Positions 38,104 through 48,832 of a stretch of DNA of 64,000 nt are shown piece after piece. How positions within the stretch are numbered: position 1 is the first letter of the stretch; each line of letters begins with the position of its first letter. This DNA comes from a virus, in IMG/VR virus record IMGVR_UViG_3300021378_000014, positions 17,417-81,416 of that record; one strand, written 5' to 3'. The position numbers and the translations under genes are program-made. The notes below the pieces were generated by a model. It did not search any database and had not been told where the DNA came from. It saw nothing but the letters and a program-made list of their open reading frames with translations.

Positions 38104-39594
38104 ATGTCTGATTTTCAATCTCGCATTGTAGTCCATAATGAGACTTTTGATGCAAGTGGTATTAGTGATCAAAATCGACTTGATCGAGCTTTGATGTCTA
38201 AACCTGATCAACTAACTCCTGTTATTACTGCTCTTATGGGTGGTTGGAGTTCTAATTTTCCTCTGCTTTCATTAACTGAAGGTCAGATGGGCGGAACTAA
38301 GGAGAATGCAATTAATGATATTCAATACGAGTATCCTGTAATTACTAAACCTAAGCGTAGCGAACGTCTTGTTCGTTATGATGGCCCTGCTGGAGTTGCA
38401 AAAGGAGTTAACTTTACTCCTATTTTTGTAGTATTTCCTAGTGCTTGGTTTCCTTTCCAATCTTCACTCCGTAGTCGTAGTGGTACACAAGTTCGTGTAT
38501 CTGCTGAACCTATTAAAGTTAGTGGAGGTTATCGGTATGAATTGAATCACTTTGAACCTAATGCTGATTTTACTCTACCTGATAGTGACTTTGAACCTGG
38601 CGCTGTTTGGGCTCGCGTAGGTGGTAGTACTGTTACTGAAAGCCGGTCTATTGGTAATAGTAATCCTGTACAGAATCCCGGTAAACGTAAAAACCAAATT
38701 GGTATTTTGCGTGAATCTTATCATTATGCTGGTAATATTGCTAACAAAACTGTAGAGTTTCAATTGTATAACGGTGGTGGTAAATCCAGTAGCCTTTATA
38801 TTGATTGGGAAAACTTTCAGCATATGTTGAACTGGCGCCAGTATAAGGAAGAGCAATTGTGGGTATCACGTTATTCACGTAATGCTGACGGTAGTAACCC
38901 TTTACGTGATAGCCGTTTAAATCAAATTATTCCTACGGGTGCTGGTTTGCTTCAGCAGATTGTTAATAGTGATACTTATTCTACCCTTACGGAGAAGAAA
39001 GTTCGTAGCATTATTAGTGATGTATTCCGTGGTGCTCCTGATACCGGAGCTATGGATATTATCCTGTATACTGGTACTGGCGGCAAGGATGAATTTGACG
39101 CAGCTTTCAAAGATAGCAATATCTTTAAACTGGTAGCTGAAGGTGTAGGTGATAAATTTGTACGTAGTGCAGGTGGTAACTTACAACTTGGTGGTTACTT
39201 TACTTCTTATAAGCATATTGATGGTCACTTTGTTACTATCAAAACTCTTCCCATGTTGAACTTGGGTGGTTATGCTGATGCAAGTGGTATTCATCCTGTA
39301 AGTGGTTTGCCTATTTCTAGTTACGAAATGTATTTCATTGATCAATCTCGTTATGACGGTGTACCTAACGTACAAATGGTCTATCAAAAAGGTCGTATGG
39401 AAGTTCGTGGTATTCAACAAGGTATGACTATCTTGAATGAATCTACTTATGGTGACTTTAAAGGAATGCAAAAATCTGGTTATTTAAACTTAGCAACTGA
39501 ACAAGATGAAACTAGTGTTCACTATCTTTGTACCGCTGGTATTCAAATGATGCGTGATACTCATAGTTTTTCTTTGCTTCCTTCTATTGGGTAA
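38104..39594 (+). CDS. major capsid protein (crAss type)
   Basis: 496 aa; FPLLSLTEG, RKNQIGILRESY, GAGLLQQI, LYTGTGG, GYFTSYKHIDGH; synteny. Confidence 0.9.
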   Translation: MSDFQSRIVVHNETFDASGISDQNRLDRALMSKPDQLTPVITALMGGWSSNFPLLSLTEGQMGGTKENAINDIQYEYPVITKPKRSERLVRYDGPAGVAKGVNFTPIFVVFPSAWFPFQSSLRSRSGTQVRVSAEPIKVSGGYRYELNHFEPNADFTLPDSDFEPGAVWARVGGSTVTESRSIGNSNPVQNPGKRKNQIGILRESYHYAGNIANKTVEFQLYNGGGKSSSLYIDWENFQHMLNWRQYKEEQLWVSRYSRNADGSNPLRDSRLNQIIPTGAGLLQQIVNSDTYSTLTEKKVRSIISDVFRGAPDTGAMDIILYTGTGGKDEFDAAFKDSNIFKLVAEGVGDKFVRSAGGNLQLGGYFTSYKHIDGHFVTIKTLPMLNLGGYADASGIHPVSGLPISSYEMYFIDQSRYDGVPNVQMVYQKGRMEVRGIQQGMTILNESTYGDFKGMQKSGYLNLATEQDETSVHYLCTAGIQMMRDTHSFSLLPSIG

Positions 39595-39639
39595 GTAACT
39601 AAATAATCTATAAATTAATATAAAATAAAGATTAACAAT

Positions 39640-40596
39640 ATGTCTACAATTAATGATACAGTAAGCAGTGGCGATAAACCATCTGAAGGTGCCGCCACTG
39701 CTTCACCAGTTACAATACCAGAGTTTAATAACTTCCCATATACTGTTCGTAAATCTGTTACAATTAAACCTAAACGAACAACAACTGTACTTCCTGAAAT
39801 AAACACCCTTGGTAATACAGCTGAATTTTATATTCAAAAGATTGGAGGAGCTTTTGCTGGTCATGGTAGTACTTTACCGCTTGGCCGTCGAGCTTTAACG
39901 CGTGAAGAAGAAAAAGCGTGGTTTCCTATTATTTTAGGTATTGCGCCTACTCACCAAGATTGGGATAAATATTTAAATAATTATTGGCATGATATTTCTG
40001 TTCCTGTTCCTTTAGAAGGATTAGAACTAAATTGTAATTTAGTTATTGAATATGAAGGTCATGTTGGAACTCCAGCTAATGCTGTGCATTACATACTTTA
40101 TAAGTATTGTTTAATTTACGGGGATGTTGCTAATACGGTAGAAGATGTTAATAAATCTCCTAAAATTCGTTTTTATCTTTGGACTAAAGAAGAAGATGTT
40201 AAACTGAAATTAACTAAACAACAACTTACCGATGCTGCCTTTATTGCTCGTCTAAAACTAGATAAAACACCTCAACGTGCTGAATCTATTATTATTATGT
40301 TTAATAAAGAATTGCCTCTTAATGATGGAGATAAAAAGTTAATGCTTGCTGAACTTCAAGATAGCGAACCTGCTAAGTTTTTAGAGTTTGCTAATGATGA
40401 AAATTTACAAGATAAAGCTTTTATTCAACGATGTATTAATGCGGCTTTACTGCGTCGACCTTTGAATAGTCAAATGATTATGTATAAAGATGAAGTTATT
40501 GGTAATAGTTTTTCAGAAGCTATCGGATGGCTTAACCAAGCTGGTAATAGTGTAACTAAAGCTGAACTACAAAACTCACTTAAAATTAGTAGGTAA
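39640..40596 (+). CDS. conserved crAss-like protein downstream of MCP
   Basis: Synteny and 318 aa length. Confidence 0.7.
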   Translation: MSTINDTVSSGDKPSEGAATASPVTIPEFNNFPYTVRKSVTIKPKRTTTVLPEINTLGNTAEFYIQKIGGAFAGHGSTLPLGRRALTREEEKAWFPIILGIAPTHQDWDKYLNNYWHDISVPVPLEGLELNCNLVIEYEGHVGTPANAVHYILYKYCLIYGDVANTVEDVNKSPKIRFYLWTKEEDVKLKLTKQQLTDAAFIARLKLDKTPQRAESIIIMFNKELPLNDGDKKLMLAELQDSEPAKFLEFANDENLQDKAFIQRCINAALLRRPLNSQMIMYKDEVIGNSFSEAIGWLNQAGNSVTKAELQNSLKISR

Positions 40597-41657
40597 TGAC
40601 TATACAAGAAATGCACATCGACTTTCAGTTAAAACTGCAAGAAGTGTATGCTTATACTTTTGGTGATTTTACTAAAGAAGAAATTGATTGGGTATTAAAT
40701 GAACATATGTTTAAGTTTATTGAGTATCGTTCTGATCCTAAAAGTAATAGAAAACAAGAAGGATTTGAAAGTACTCAAAAACGTTATGACGATATTGAAA
40801 GTTTAATAACTACAACCTCTCTCCCAGTAATAGAGAATGTGGGGTATGTAAGTGCATTTCTTCCTAGTAATTATTTTAAACTAGTTAGTGAAAGACCTGT
40901 AGTGTCTTGTTCTCCTAAAGTTATTGTAGAACAATCATTATCAAGTTTAGGAATTAATTTAATTAATTCAACTCAAACATCTGTAGCTACTTATCAACTT
41001 ACAATTAGTACTAATGGTGATAGTTTTTTATTGTTTGATAAAGCCGATTATACAACAAAAGTTTTAGGACAAAGTGAAATTCCTTTTTTAACGGCTTTAG
41101 TTATAAATAAACTAAGTAGTTATAAACCAGGTCAGCTTATAGCTGCTTGGGAATCTATTGGGGATTTTCACACCCCTAATAAAACTGCTGTTGTTGGTTA
41201 TTATGATAATATAACTATCACCATTACTAGTACTAATAGTACTGGTAATACGTTTACGACAACCTTTACTTTTTCAGCTACTACTATTAATAAAGCACAA
41301 GTTGCTAATGATAGTAAAGAGGTTGATGCAAGGTTACTTAATCATGAGTTTCTTCATCGTCTATTAGGTAATTATTTTAGTAGAACTAGACCTGATTCGC
41401 CAGTGTGTGTAATAGAAGATGGTATAATTAAGGTTTACTATTCAAATTTTAGCGTTAGTAGTGTTAATATAACTTATGTTAAATCTCCTAGATTAATGAG
41501 TAATTCTTTAAGTATAGATTGCGAATTAGGAAGTAGAACTGGTCAACGTTACAATATTTGTAGACAGATTGTAGATGCTGCTGTAGCGAGTGTTGCTGGT
41601 AGAATTTCTGCTGGTAACACTCCTATTTTAACTGAAAATTTTTTAATAACTGAATAA
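40596..41657 (+). CDS. tail ring/connector protein
   Basis: MTIQEMHIDF...EEIDWVLN...GFESTQKRYDDI...ITYVKSP...CEL. Confidence 0.75.
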   Translation: MTIQEMHIDFQLKLQEVYAYTFGDFTKEEIDWVLNEHMFKFIEYRSDPKSNRKQEGFESTQKRYDDIESLITTTSLPVIENVGYVSAFLPSNYFKLVSERPVVSCSPKVIVEQSLSSLGINLINSTQTSVATYQLTISTNGDSFLLFDKADYTTKVLGQSEIPFLTALVINKLSSYKPGQLIAAWESIGDFHTPNKTAVVGYYDNITITITSTNSTGNTFTTTFTFSATTINKAQVANDSKEVDARLLNHEFLHRLLGNYFSRTRPDSPVCVIEDGIIKVYYSNFSVSSVNITYVKSPRLMSNSLSIDCELGSRTGQRYNICRQIVDAAVASVAGRISAGNTPILTENFLITE

Positions 41658-41668
41658 ACATATAATAT

Positions 41669-42661
41669 ATGTATCCTGTTGAATTGTTTGTAGCACGTGA
41701 TGTACTTTACGGAGCTAAGCAAGGAGGTGGTACTATTGCAAATTTAGGTGAAATTGATGATCTCGTCGTTGGCGGTATTGCTCTTTTTGCTGATAATGGT
41801 AGTATCATTTTAGCAGCTACTACAGCTGCAAGTCTTAAAAATGTTAGTCAATTTCGTATTGCGATTAACGACGGTAACGGTGTTCGTTTAAGTGCGCCTA
41901 TTGATCGTGAAGCGTATAACGCTACTAAGCAAGGTTACGTTGCTGCTGTAAAACAAGTAGTAGTTGTAGGAGAAAGTTCTACCACCAACGGTGATATGAA
42001 CTACCCTACCACTTTGGTACCTGGTACAGTTGCTGAACTAGTTATCACTGATACTACAACTGCTGATTATCGTGTTAATTTGACTAAACGATATTACGCT
42101 GAAGTTACTGCTGCTAGTACAGCAGCTACGTTGAATGCCGCTTTAATTGCAGCTATTAACGCAGATCCAACTTCAATTGTAGTAGCTAGTGCTCAAGGTA
42201 CTGTGGGTATTATCTTAACAGCTAAGTTGTTTGCAACTACGTTTGTTGTGGGTGTTACTGAAATTATCGAATCTGCTACTATTTGGAAAGATGGAACTAA
42301 CGGTTCTGTTATTTTCAATCCTGGTCGTGGTAATGTTTCTCAGCTACTTGAACTTCAAACTGAAAGTGATATTCTTTTAGGTAAATCTAATTTTGCTGGT
42401 CAACAACAATATTGGTGGAGTCGTCAAGATGAAGTTGCTGCAAGTGGTATTACTGGATTTGAAATGTTTATTTTCCAAGATGCTAGCGAGGCTCGTAAAG
42501 CAGGTAAAGTAATGAATGTAGCTACGAAAGATACAGTTCTTGCTTATCCTACGGGAACCACTGCAACTACTGGTATTGAAGATGTTTTAACTGGTATTCT
42601 TGCTGTTGTACTGAAAGGAGCCGAATCTAGTTCTGGTTCTTCTACTGATTCTAATAATTAA
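41669..42661 (+). CDS. auxiliary capsid/structural protein
   Basis: A/T/V/G-rich 330 aa protein in the expected crAss-like position. Confidence 0.65.
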   Translation: MYPVELFVARDVLYGAKQGGGTIANLGEIDDLVVGGIALFADNGSIILAATTAASLKNVSQFRIAINDGNGVRLSAPIDREAYNATKQGYVAAVKQVVVVGESSTTNGDMNYPTTLVPGTVAELVITDTTTADYRVNLTKRYYAEVTAASTAATLNAALIAAINADPTSIVVASAQGTVGIILTAKLFATTFVVGVTEIIESATIWKDGTNGSVIFNPGRGNVSQLLELQTESDILLGKSNFAGQQQYWWSRQDEVAASGITGFEMFIFQDASEARKAGKVMNVATKDTVLAYPTGTTATTGIEDVLTGILAVVLKGAESSSGSSTDSNN

Positions 42662-42682
42662 TAATCTTATAACCTCATTAAT

Positions 42683-44269
42683 ATGAAATATCGTTTCAAA
42701 ATATATGAGGTTAGTAAAGACGGGGGGACTGGCCTAGTATGTGGACAGGCCCCCTTTCTTATTACTAATTTCTCAACATTAACTATAGCACTAGCTGTTA
42801 ATGGTACTGAAATACATAATGGTGTATTTGCAGTAGGAGGTGCAAATCCTTCTGTAGTTGTTACAACTACTATAGTTGGGAGTATTACAGTTACTTTAAC
42901 TGTTCAAGATACTGGTCAATTATTAATAGAAATTCCATCTACTCAATACGATTTACCTAATAATCTTTATATTAAAGTTGCTAAAGTTGGAGGTAGTGCT
43001 AATACGTACGAAAACAATTTAATTGTATACGGATATGATTTAGGTAATGATGCAACAGTAACAAATGATTTAGGTTTACCTGTTACTAATAATCCAGATA
43101 TGGATATTGTACTTGTAGACGAAACAGCAACTGATACATTTACTAAATTTGTAGGTTATAATATACCATTAACAAGTAATGTAGCTTTAGTAGAACTTGC
43201 AAGTGGTGATGGGCTTACTACTTATCATAAAGCATTAACAGCAGAAGTTGTCGGTACTGGTTTAGTTACAACTGCAAGTATTCAAAATTTAGATTATTAT
43301 TCTAAAAGCTATCGTGCTGATAGTAATGTCAGTTGTGTTTCTAACAATTTACCATTACGTTTGTGGAATTATTGTCCTCATATTAATATGAGCATTATTA
43401 ATGGTAGATATGATGAAGTGATGGTTCTTTCTAGAGTAACTGGGCCTGCTTTACGCACTTCTTTAGATTTTATGGATATAGCACGACTTAGTATTGATGA
43501 TGTAGTTACAGTTCCTTTTATCTCTCCACGTATTGTTTACACATTACGTAATAGATTAGGAGAAGTTGTAACTGCTACTACGTTTGCTTTAAACTTTAGT
43601 ACAATTTTTACAGCTGGTTCTGATAATACATTTTACGATTGGTTGTTACCTACTCTTGATATTACTCAGAATTATACAATAACAGCTGAAATTATTAGTG
43701 ATTGTCAATTCAATTGTGTTTCTACTCTTACAATTCCTTTTTGTTATACTGAAGATATTACTCACGTAGAGTGTAATAGTTACGTACTTACAAACAATAT
43801 TCCAGTAACGGTTACAGTTAGTATAAACAAATGGAATGGTACAACGTTTGTTGAAGATGCAAATTATATTTTAGTAGCAGATAGTAGTAGAGCTATTGAA
43901 TTAACTGATGGTGTTTATCAAATTAGATTTACACGAGGTGAAGAATTTTACAATAGAATAGTATTAGCTGATTGTGGTATTCGTACCTGCATCATGACTC
44001 TTATTCAAGATTTTGTATGTAAAGTTGCTACTATTGATTGTGATTGTGAAAGCACTTGCTCTTGTACTAATGTTCAATATGTAAATGATAAAGATCTGTT
44101 TGATGTTAATATGATTAATATTCAGTATATTCAATATTTGAATTTAGTTAATCATCTTCTTAATCTTAATCCTATCTTTACTACACTTAATAACGAAACT
44201 GAAGCTGCTATTATTCAAATTGATAAACTAATACAAGCTTTTAGCGTGTATTGTGAAACTTGTAAATAA
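42683..44269 (+). CDS. structural protein, tail hub-like
   Basis: Beta-rich with DGVYQI and a Cys-rich C-terminus (DCDCESTCSC, CETCK). Confidence 0.6.
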   Translation: MKYRFKIYEVSKDGGTGLVCGQAPFLITNFSTLTIALAVNGTEIHNGVFAVGGANPSVVVTTTIVGSITVTLTVQDTGQLLIEIPSTQYDLPNNLYIKVAKVGGSANTYENNLIVYGYDLGNDATVTNDLGLPVTNNPDMDIVLVDETATDTFTKFVGYNIPLTSNVALVELASGDGLTTYHKALTAEVVGTGLVTTASIQNLDYYSKSYRADSNVSCVSNNLPLRLWNYCPHINMSIINGRYDEVMVLSRVTGPALRTSLDFMDIARLSIDDVVTVPFISPRIVYTLRNRLGEVVTATTFALNFSTIFTAGSDNTFYDWLLPTLDITQNYTITAEIISDCQFNCVSTLTIPFCYTEDITHVECNSYVLTNNIPVTVTVSINKWNGTTFVEDANYILVADSSRAIELTDGVYQIRFTRGEEFYNRIVLADCGIRTCIMTLIQDFVCKVATIDCDCESTCSCTNVQYVNDKDLFDVNMINIQYIQYLNLVNHLLNLNPIFTTLNNETEAAIIQIDKLIQAFSVYCETCK

Positions 44270-44631
44270 TGATAATAGGAGAAGTAGCTACTGCTAATAT
44301 CGCTTTAAACACGATTTTTGTTAAATACAAGAGTCGTGTTTTTGCTATGTTAGCTAAAGTAGAAAAAGAACTTTGTGAAGTAGGAAAAACTAAAGCTCAT
44401 GTAGATATAGCTATTTATAATTCTGCTTTAGTTTATCTTACTTTAATATATACAGATGTTAATACTAATACACTAAGTGTTCGAGATACTACTTATTTCC
44501 AGTGTAAGTACAACTGGACTGCGATGGTAGCTTGGTATAAGTGTTTAGGTATTAACATAGAAGAAATGGCTAATTTAATTAATTTATTTACAAAACAAAG
44601 TGGTATTGAATATACTGAACTTTGCGCATAA
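44269..44631 (+). CDS. small structural protein, tail hub-like
   Basis: Coupled to the previous gene; helical with Cys residues. Confidence 0.55.
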   Translation: MIIGEVATANIALNTIFVKYKSRVFAMLAKVEKELCEVGKTKAHVDIAIYNSALVYLTLIYTDVNTNTLSVRDTTYFQCKYNWTAMVAWYKCLGINIEEMANLINLFTKQSGIEYTELCA

Positions 44632-44640
44632 TCTAAACCT

Positions 44641-45777
44641 ATGTCTAATTTTGGAACAACTAGCTTTACTGTAACTCCTGCAACAGGTTCTTGTAGAGAA
44701 GCTCTTATTGCGCAAATTACAGATGCTTTAGGAGGAGAAATTACAAATGAAAGCTTACATAACATTCTTATCAGTTTAATTGAATGTTTAAATAATACAA
44801 GCACCGGAACTGGTGATAGTGATGGAGTAATTACAGGAATTACAATTTCAGGTAATCTTGTAACAGTAACTCGGAGTGCTGGCTTAGGTACAATTACAGC
44901 AGCTGTTGATATCAGTGGTAATAGTACAATTGTAACAATCAATGGTAATGTTACTGCTTTAGATACTCGTATAACTACAAATGAAGGAGATATAGCAGCT
45001 ATTACTGCTGCTCTTACACCGTTACTTGATAGCGTCGTCGTAGATCCCTCTCTACTGGGAAATGGTACTGTTGGTAATGAACTTAGTGTTAAACTAGGAG
45101 CAGAAGCTGATAATATTGTTGTACGCGGTGCAAATGGTGGATTATATGTACCGCCTCCTGGTTTATCTGTTAATGTTGTAGAATATCTAGCAGATAATCT
45201 AGCTCGTTTAGCTCTTGTATCTCCACTTCAAGAAGTTATTTATACTGTACTTGATAGTGATGGTAATGGATTACGAGAATCTTATACTTGGAATGGTACA
45301 GATTGGATTTTACTACGTGGGCCTGTTGTAAGTGCTCCTGGTAATATGTTAATTTATACTGATGGTAATATGCTTACTAAAGCAGACGGACTTGGTATTA
45401 ATTATGTATTAGCCGGCAATGTGGCTACTGTTATTATTCCTAATGGCGTAATGCCTGATCGTATTCGTATTAATGAAAGCTACGCTAGTATTGGCAATAG
45501 TGAAACGTTTTATGTAAAGATTGTTGATAATGGCGGAGTTGTTAATGAAAGTCTTGCTACATTTTATCCTTTTGATGCTACAGTAATAGAGCGTGATTTA
45601 CTGAGTGGAACTTTACCAGATAATAGTGGTTCTACATTTAGATACGAATCTGGTAATGTAGCTCTTAATAGTAGAGCTAGTAAGGATATTGTTGAAATTA
45701 ATACTATTAGTAATTATATTTTGTACCGATTTACGAATTTAGGTACAGATACAAAATGGTCTATTTTGCTCACCTAA
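44641..45777 (+). CDS. tail fibre/baseplate-type protein
   Basis: G/T/V/N-rich with a short coiled coil LDTRITTNEGDIAAI and YTWNGTDW. Confidence 0.65.
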   Translation: MSNFGTTSFTVTPATGSCREALIAQITDALGGEITNESLHNILISLIECLNNTSTGTGDSDGVITGITISGNLVTVTRSAGLGTITAAVDISGNSTIVTINGNVTALDTRITTNEGDIAAITAALTPLLDSVVVDPSLLGNGTVGNELSVKLGAEADNIVVRGANGGLYVPPPGLSVNVVEYLADNLARLALVSPLQEVIYTVLDSDGNGLRESYTWNGTDWILLRGPVVSAPGNMLIYTDGNMLTKADGLGINYVLAGNVATVIIPNGVMPDRIRINESYASIGNSETFYVKIVDNGGVVNESLATFYPFDATVIERDLLSGTLPDNSGSTFRYESGNVALNSRASKDIVEINTISNYILYRFTNLGTDTKWSILLT

Positions 45778-45817
45778 GCCGTTTACAGCGGATTTGCTAA
45801 CACTTAAAAATTATACT

Positions 45818-47062
45818 ATGTTACGATATTGCTTGCTCTTTTTTATGGCTTTATATGGGCTACAAACAAGCGCACAAACAACAACGATTGAAACTTTTAA
45901 TGGTTATGGTATTATTGGATTACTTGATAGTACAACTGTTAATGGTGGAGATTATACTGTTACTATTCCTTTTCGAAATGATAGTGGTAAATATTCAGCA
46001 GATTCTGTTTCTGTTGGAGATTTTATATGGGATACTAAATGTGATCGTTATATGATTGTTCATATTAATGATACATCTCCTTTTTTAGAAGCAGAAGTTA
46101 CTATACAAAATAGTAACGGATCGCCACCGGCCGTTGGTGGTGGAAATGCTTTGATTTATCGACCTACTCCTAACTATGGCTATATGCCTAGTTTAAGTAA
46201 ACTTAATAATACGCTACGAGATTGTATTGATAATTATCGTATGAATGAATTAGATACTGATATTTACACAGCAAGTCAAAGTGGCGGCGGTGGTGTTGAT
46301 AGTTTTGATTTTAATAGACCGATACTTCGTTTACCTTTAGTTGGTACTACTGTTGGTGTACAAACTATTGAAGAATATTTTGAATGGCAGTTTTTTACGG
46401 CTCCTACACTAGCTTTAACGTTAGCTCCAACTACTACTGTTTATGAAGTAGGAGATACAGCAACTATTAATTTAATTACTAATGTTATTAATCCAGCCTC
46501 TGCTGTTCTTACGCTTGGGGTGTTACTTAAAACTGTTGGAGGTACAGTAGATACAATTACTAATATTGGAACAACAGCTGGCAATGTTACCAGTATTTTT
46601 TATGAACCTACTCAAGATAGTTTAAGCAATTTTAAACGAAGTACTTATAGCTTTCAAAGTAAACAAACATATAACGGAGCTGAAGAATCTGGAGTTGTAA
46701 ATAGTAATACACGAAGCATATCAGCTGTTTATCCAGTTTTATACGGAGTAAGTGCAACAGATTTAATAGTTGGCGGAGATGCTTATGCAACATTAACTAA
46801 ATTAGTACAAACTGAAGGGAATAAATCAGTAGTTATGAATGGTAGTGGATTTATTTATTATGCAGTTCCAAGCACTTGGACTGATGTAAATTTATCTAGT
46901 ATTATTGATGCTAATGGCTTTAATGTTACTCCAAGTTTTACTAGTTCGACAATAGCAGTGACGAGTTCTAGTCTAGCAAATAACTGGACTATAAACTACA
47001 CAATATACAAATTAAATAACCTAACAACAATTAGTAATGGAACGTACACATTTAATCGTTAA
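45818..47062 (+). CDS. beta-rich fibre-associated protein with signal-peptide-like N-terminus
   Basis: MLRYCLLFFMALYGLQTSA/Q; Ig-like T-rich C-half. Confidence 0.65.
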   Translation: MLRYCLLFFMALYGLQTSAQTTTIETFNGYGIIGLLDSTTVNGGDYTVTIPFRNDSGKYSADSVSVGDFIWDTKCDRYMIVHINDTSPFLEAEVTIQNSNGSPPAVGGGNALIYRPTPNYGYMPSLSKLNNTLRDCIDNYRMNELDTDIYTASQSGGGGVDSFDFNRPILRLPLVGTTVGVQTIEEYFEWQFFTAPTLALTLAPTTTVYEVGDTATINLITNVINPASAVLTLGVLLKTVGGTVDTITNIGTTAGNVTSIFYEPTQDSLSNFKRSTYSFQSKQTYNGAEESGVVNSNTRSISAVYPVLYGVSATDLIVGGDAYATLTKLVQTEGNKSVVMNGSGFIYYAVPSTWTDVNLSSIIDANGFNVTPSFTSSTIAVTSSSLANNWTINYTIYKLNNLTTISNGTYTFNR

Positions 47063-48818
47063 GATATTTTTATTACTGCTATTGCCAATAGTAGGGTTTG
47101 GACAAATAGAAATACAAACTAATTTTGAACCAGCTATTGCAGCTCCTTTAGATACACGACTTACTATTGCTACTCTTGCCGATACTTCAACTATTGTATT
47201 TCCTTATTTAGGATTAGTAACATGGGTTACTAATATTGCTCAAGAATGGCAATATTCTGGTAGTTGGAATCGTAAAGTTAGTAGTGGTATTGACAACAGA
47301 GTACCTGATATTCTTACAAGTTTAGGTGTAGTTGCTTATGCTGATAACATGGGCAGTTATCCTGGGACTATTGTGCCGGATGCAGGATCGGTGAAAGATA
47401 ATATTATTGCTTTGGAGGAAGCAGCACAAGCTGCTAGAGACAGTATAGCAGCACTTAGGGTAGATATTGGTGCTGGCGCGGCTGATGGTGTTGTTACTGG
47501 CGGCAGTGTATCGGGTACAAACTTGACACTTACTAGGTCTATCGGTGGGGATATTACTATCGCAGGATTACCAAGCGGAAACACTGTTGATAGTGTTGTT
47601 TTTGCTTATACCACATCTCAAATTAATGATGGGTTTGTTTCTTGGGACGACGGGGAAACGTTAGTAAATATAACTAAAAAAGATACAGTTATCGTCCATT
47701 TTAGTTTTAATGATAATTCAATAACAACGCTGTTTAATACTGCTTCAAATGACAGTATAGTAGTAAACTATAACGAAGGAAATGGTTGGGAAAAGATAGC
47801 TGAAAACCAAAACGTTACAAAAACATTTGGCACATTTTCGGAGAGGTTTTTATCGGTAAAAATGCCAAAGCAGGATTTAATCGCAGTTGACTTTTTAGGA
47901 GGTTTCAATTTTAATATTGCTGAGTTTTTGGTTTTTGAAAACATGACTGGTATTGATATACACGACAGAAATACAGTTACAGGGGATATAAATAATCTTC
48001 CTTCAAATATAGGCACATTAGATGTTAGAGGGAATAATACTTTATACGGCACTTTTACAGCGACTACAAATTTACCGACAGTGTTTTTTCGTATAACAGG
48101 AGCGAATACTGTAACTGGGGATATGGCAGATATTCCGTCGAGTGTGGTTTATTTCGGTTTAACAGGCGGAATAAATATAACTGGGGATATTGCAGATATG
48201 CCGCCAAACCTAGTGCATACTGATATAACAGGAACAAGTACATTTTCAGGAAACTTAGCAAACATACCACCTGGACTTACAGGTAACTTTACATTAGGAG
48301 GACAGAACACTATAACGGGGGATATTGCGAACATACCTGTTGGGGTAAGTGATGTAACTATATCAGGAAACAATACAGTTTCTGGTAATATTGGAGATAT
48401 TACAGCACCTTATACAAGATTGGTATTAACTGGGCAATCAGCACCAACCGGAACGTTAGCAGACATTAATAGTGTTTGTACTTACATCTATATAGATACC
48501 CCAAACGCAACGATAACAGGAGATATTGCAGATATTAACGCTGGTACCACTTTTCTATATGCCAGAGGTTTGTCAACAATAGAGGATTATTCTGCTAATC
48601 CTGGATGGCCTTCTGTTATGTCAGGTATTAATATTAGCTGTAACACTAATTTCACAACAACAGAACTAGATAACCTTTTAATTGACTTAGATGCCGCAAC
48701 GACTAGTTGGAACGGAGTATTGCTTGTAGCGGTAAATGGTGCGCAAACAAGGTCAGCAGCAAGCGATGCGGCAGTAACTTCATTACAATCTAAAGGCGTT
48801 ACGGTAACGCTTAACTAA
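47037..48818 (+). CDS. chimeric fibre/receptor-binding protein with LRR-like repeats
   Basis: Hydrophobic N-terminus, PLDTR motif, then about 22-aa repeats of the form xNTxTGDIxxxP. Confidence 0.7.
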   Translation: MERTHLIVKIFLLLLLPIVGFGQIEIQTNFEPAIAAPLDTRLTIATLADTSTIVFPYLGLVTWVTNIAQEWQYSGSWNRKVSSGIDNRVPDILTSLGVVAYADNMGSYPGTIVPDAGSVKDNIIALEEAAQAARDSIAALRVDIGAGAADGVVTGGSVSGTNLTLTRSIGGDITIAGLPSGNTVDSVVFAYTTSQINDGFVSWDDGETLVNITKKDTVIVHFSFNDNSITTLFNTASNDSIVVNYNEGNGWEKIAENQNVTKTFGTFSERFLSVKMPKQDLIAVDFLGGFNFNIAEFLVFENMTGIDIHDRNTVTGDINNLPSNIGTLDVRGNNTLYGTFTATTNLPTVFFRITGANTVTGDMADIPSSVVYFGLTGGINITGDIADMPPNLVHTDITGTSTFSGNLANIPPGLTGNFTLGGQNTITGDIANIPVGVSDVTISGNNTVSGNIGDITAPYTRLVLTGQSAPTGTLADINSVCTYIYIDTPNATITGDIADINAGTTFLYARGLSTIEDYSANPGWPSVMSGINISCNTNFTTTELDNLLIDLDAATTSWNGVLLVAVNGAQTRSAASDAAVTSLQSKGVTVTLN

Positions 48819-48832
48819 ATAAAACATATAAA

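Noticed and set aside
15506-39594. Inteins or self-splicing introns in polA, TerL or MCP
   Set aside because: ORFs are continuous and of normal size, with no intein C/S...HN boundaries or homing endonuclease motifs seen.
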